Positions 26,001 through 28,569 of a stretch of DNA of 28,569 nt are shown here, piece by piece. The stretch comes from a bacterium (GTDB taxonomy: Bacteria; Patescibacteriota; Microgenomatia; UBA1400; PJMF01): positions 1 to 28,569 of the forward strand of contig OMIS01000048.1 of the NCBI GenBank assembly GCA_900299155.1, in the 5' to 3' direction. Under the pieces are notes generated by a model. That model saw only the letters and a list, made by a program, of their open reading frames with translations. It had not been told where the DNA came from and ran no database searches. The number at the start of each line of letters is the position of its first letter. Position 1 is the first letter of the stretch. A program made the position numbers and the translations under genes.

Positions 26001-28504
26001 TTGAGGACTTTGAACAGGTGGTTAGAGAAAAATGGGAAATCGCACGATCTCAGTTCCCTAACCTAGTACAGAAATATCAAGCGATTTATGGAAATGAAAA
26101 AATTCAAAAAATCTTTGAACAAAGAGAAGAGGATGTCCGAAAAGCGTATTCGGATGCAATGAGTTCTCAATCATATACAGAGTATGAATCATTTTCTGTT
26201 GTTGATGCCATGTTGTACACGGAAGGCTGTTTTGCACCATTATCTGATCGAAAGCTACAAACTATTCTCAAGATTGTTGATGAGAAATTTGATCCACATT
26301 TCATGGATCGCAAGCTCTGTGCTCAGTTCGCTATGTACTTACGTCGTGTTCTATCAATGACTCACATGTCAGATGACGAGTTCGAAAATCTTCAGGGATG
26401 GTTCTTAATCAAAAAGCAATACAACAACTGGCATGTATTTCTCAAAGATTTTTTTGCTGAACCGATCGTTAACGTGATCAGAAAAAAACAAGCACTCGTT
26501 GGTAAACAAGGAATGGACCGAGTAGCAGATATTTGGTGTGAAGTAGTAGACTCACTATCCGACTTTACTCGAGGTAAGTCAGATGAGGAAGTTGCAACCT
26601 ATGTGAGTCGATTAATAGACATTGTAGAAGATATCATGAGGAAACCTAAGTTCTTACAAGATTTTATCTTCAAAACTCTTGAAACAACGGGCAACACCTA
26701 CAATCGCTACTCTTGCTTTTATAGTAATGGCAAGAATTCTACCCAACTGATTTCACTCATTCAACCTTACGTGATCTACTTTAATCAAGGAGAGAGAACA
26801 ACCCTAGACTCTCAGAGCTCTCTTTTCTCGGAAGCATTAAATAAAGGTGAGCACTCTCTTTTACTTTCTGACTTAATGCATCATCGCCGAACCAGATCAA
26901 AAAATTTTAAAGATGATCTGTCTTCTCCCAACGACCTTCCAGAAAAAGTTCAGTATTCTTCTGAAGGAAGAAACAAATTCGTTTATTATCGAGAACTACT
27001 TCACTCTATTCAGCATTTGCCTGCAAATGACACGTATCTTTTCCTCAGAGAGTTGATCCAGAATGCATACGATGCTAGTGCGACATCATTGGATGTTTCA
27101 AGGCATAAGATCGATATTGATAATTTCAAAGATGGAGATCTACATGTTGTTCAGGTACGAGATACAGTCGGAATGGATTTTGAGAAGATTTTTTCGGTGC
27201 TTCTCATTCCCAACGTGAGTTCAAAAACGAATGGGAAAGAACTCGGCCGTTTTGGTGTAGGTTTTATGAGTATTTTTAAAGAGGCAGAAAAAGTTGAAAT
27301 AGTAAGCGGAAACGGTAATGAAAAAGTCAGCGTGACAATTTTGCCAGTTAGGAATGATGACGGTCAGCTAACCGATCTGGAAGTCTCCTATGACTTAGCC
27401 CCATCTGATGAAAAAGGAACTGCCGTTCGGAAATACTTCAAAACAGACAATGGTCAATTAGAATCAGCCAAAATACAGGCCTCAGCAAATAAATACGGTA
27501 CCTATTTAGACGCTGGTAGAGTTCAACTTTCTTTTGGAGAGGAAGAAGTTAACTATCCCAAACGAATCTTAGCTTCTGCATGGGATGAACGGTTTGGTAC
27601 TTTAGAAGTTCTAGAAGGTGGTGACTCACATCTTTTACAAGGCAGATTGTATGTAAATGAACTTCCCTCATATTTATTGGATCTGATTCCAGGACCAATA
27701 CACGACATAGTGTTGAATCACGGTCTTGTTGTTAATATTGATCCGATAGTTGGTTTAACAAGATCACGAAAAGATCTATCGGATAAAAAAACTGTACTCC
27801 CTGAACTCATGAGAGTTTTGCCTGGACTCATTATTGAAGCCACCATTCAAAAATTTGCTGATGAGAAGTTCGATTTAGGCCTGATTCCCTATGATTACTT
27901 TTGGTCTTTAGAACCAGAGATGGAAGCTTGGAGAGCTCGTATTGATAATCAAACGATAAAAGATGCGGACGCTATTAACAATGGTAATGGAATAGATGAC
28001 TGGCTAAGATATTCAGATCGTCGGCTCTTTTTAGAGCTATTAACTTTAGTAAAGTTTGTTAATGTCGGCGGGGTAAAAAGGTCACTTCAAGAAATAAATG
28101 ACATGAGAAAGCAGGGGTATGATTTCGCACAAGAAAAACTTCCTAAACGTCTTGAGGATTTACTAAAAGAAAGCAAAGCTCACACTGAACGAGAGATCAG
28201 ATTAAAAAAAGAGTTTGAAGAAAGACAAGAAACAGAGTTTGAAATCAGAGTTCTGAACAATGAACTATATGACAAACTCAAAAATACTAGTGATGGACAT
28301 TTGGCATTTTTGGATGTTATCGACACACTAACTTCAATAGAAGGTGATATTAGACATGGCTACTTCAACGTCCCTAAAGGTGCACGTGCAGTTGCAGCAA
28401 TTCAATGGCGTTTGAAAGCTTGGAATCTACTTTATATTGACGATAAGATAGAGCAACTGTCCCGCATGATAGAAAATGGCACTGACCTGCACCCAATAAA
28501 CTAG
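23048..28504 (+). CDS. 1818-aa protein with two GHKL (Hsp90/MORC/sacsin-like) ATPase modules
   Basis: Module 1: EIVSNAID, DLGKGM, GKFGMGF, GTRI. Module 2: ELIQNAYD, DTVGM, GRFGVGF, GTAV. Confidence 0.85.
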   Translation: MSNLIRSEISQFIVDYLSQKDPDLIAEENGKLKHNYSRIREGIDEAFKNDKTLNPQGKSIYEYFRSSSQSELKQKLAEARERAQIKSAIPLGQWVSLAESVVTHEDESTRQEYNEMFETGLVQEQLRRNLRFDNQYEERDLQFLIHNQSGEVNRSIVEIVSNAIDFSPINAEVRVEIDEHGYQVTDLGKGMSPHNLIEELSIPFISGAREKDKASIGKFGMGFLTILRHLKNEGDQVKVETGQDGKGFAILFFFREGKVLVSIGTQQEIIQGTRISLRTSDFDQENAKHLLSSHLRYKKGAAVIVNGEDISQLEGVEFVYAGESSTERVGLGFELVEEISNSSCEVVLAINGVQIITKSVEGFNLPKRLVLDLPYKSNLSESRDAVVYDDIFVTAAKSIIDQLLQSQLFLQQKIQIVNALCEIFHAVELQAFTQDESVLEYLETQLSSFTDSDVQTIVPAKEGWQHISASELLFVNPRLEALIEPFFNKISPMVGMRSASIRGYLADIDSSAEHPILVHGDKLVFSRQLWTQLRSHPEFLQRYINFVMRDKGFIDFPRINEVSTSDEIRKKMKDRLRGMTYQEECERRILDERNIVDGYLLEMVFHPKHLFTDEFEDLRYDYPEWIDQLTLGEEFRAELEAYIFGESDTFAFKPEWLSQAIEQHRLVQVKKMPESAVIESVYNQIMALADRKDEIIEGFKKYKEVIAFFLPENVQKYLDLPPDQIEQQFCSDFIDIYRVAYEQEIQQVIKYKLKWMRRNWDEEEREPTEEDIEYNFSFLLSVIREVLNDNDSYSMEEKEKSFAETIPAHARFPISRMISAMIARTHYLQVKSQLDPNYHQAYDALFSFRWTSSLANPDELLRYPGSSKHNEVEENLLVMQGMSRVAQTVPLEQIEDLVSVFTADPKISVSDIYPLLTFLVDPYVTYHTVAHGSGWSSETDKLENLPLAIVQELRGVDLVRSYFDRGGKAEEAFAWRYRYTDIKTFEDFEQVVREKWEIARSQFPNLVQKYQAIYGNEKIQKIFEQREEDVRKAYSDAMSSQSYTEYESFSVVDAMLYTEGCFAPLSDRKLQTILKIVDEKFDPHFMDRKLCAQFAMYLRRVLSMTHMSDDEFENLQGWFLIKKQYNNWHVFLKDFFAEPIVNVIRKKQALVGKQGMDRVADIWCEVVDSLSDFTRGKSDEEVATYVSRLIDIVEDIMRKPKFLQDFIFKTLETTGNTYNRYSCFYSNGKNSTQLISLIQPYVIYFNQGERTTLDSQSSLFSEALNKGEHSLLLSDLMHHRRTRSKNFKDDLSSPNDLPEKVQYSSEGRNKFVYYRELLHSIQHLPANDTYLFLRELIQNAYDASATSLDVSRHKIDIDNFKDGDLHVVQVRDTVGMDFEKIFSVLLIPNVSSKTNGKELGRFGVGFMSIFKEAEKVEIVSGNGNEKVSVTILPVRNDDGQLTDLEVSYDLAPSDEKGTAVRKYFKTDNGQLESAKIQASANKYGTYLDAGRVQLSFGEEEVNYPKRILASAWDERFGTLEVLEGGDSHLLQGRLYVNELPSYLLDLIPGPIHDIVLNHGLVVNIDPIVGLTRSRKDLSDKKTVLPELMRVLPGLIIEATIQKFADEKFDLGLIPYDYFWSLEPEMEAWRARIDNQTIKDADAINNGNGIDDWLRYSDRRLFLELLTLVKFVNVGGVKRSLQEINDMRKQGYDFAQEKLPKRLEDLLKESKAHTEREIRLKKEFEERQETEFEIRVLNNELYDKLKNTSDGHLAFLDVIDTLTSIEGDIRHGYFNVPKGARAVAAIQWRLKAWNLLYIDDKIEQLSRMIENGTDLHPIN

Positions 28505-28569
28505 ACAAAGATTAAAGTAGAATAGAAGTAATCTTTGAAAGGCGGGAATATGGCAGGGATAGCACTTGA

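Noticed and set aside
22962-28569. Second att site (direct repeat of the tRNA 3' end)
   Set aside because: No copy of GGGGAGCCA or the T-arm was found by eye; only a weak CATTG/AACAA resemblance near 23005-23020. The distal boundary, and whether the GHKL gene belongs to the island, remain unresolved
1-28569. TGA-to-Gly recoding (code 25) as in Gracilibacteria/Absconditabacteria
   Set aside because: Long conserved ORFs are intact under code 11, and TGA ends several genes at sensible positions
28501-28569. Possible 3' end of a minus-strand gene (…IPAIFPPFKDYFYSTLIFV*) or start of a plus-strand gene
   Set aside because: Only 69 nt at the window edge; cannot be supported
1-28569. CRISPR array or rRNA
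   Set aside because: No regularly spaced direct repeats or rRNA-like sequence seen

Overview
28.6 kb of bacterial chromosome, genetic code 11 (TAA, TAG and TGA all end genes here). Compact RpoD and gene content suggest a Patescibacteria/CPR (Microgenomates-like) host, which is inference only. Left end: an IS3-family (IS150-like) element inserted into an ABC-transporter ATPase gene. Middle: housekeeping and redox genes (ABC-2 permease, CPA2/Kef antiporter, msrB, a small Zn-free rpmJ missed by the ORF track, dnaG, a TAG-interrupted HExxH protein, CsoR-family repressor with a perfect operator, trxA, trxB, gdhA, rpoD, tspO, SAM methyltransferase). Right: tRNA-Asn(GTT), then a compact ~4.8 kb minus-strand integrative element (wHTH-like protein, small ORF, SpoVG-like protein, gene II/Rep_trans-type rolling-circle initiator, unannotated Xis-like HTH, Cys-rich membrane protein, large serine recombinase whose stop codon lies inside the tRNA). 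This is followed by a 1818-aa protein with two Hsp90-like GHKL ATPase modules. The element and the double-GHKL protein are the best candidates for undescribed biology. All family calls come from motif recognition by eye; no searches were run.
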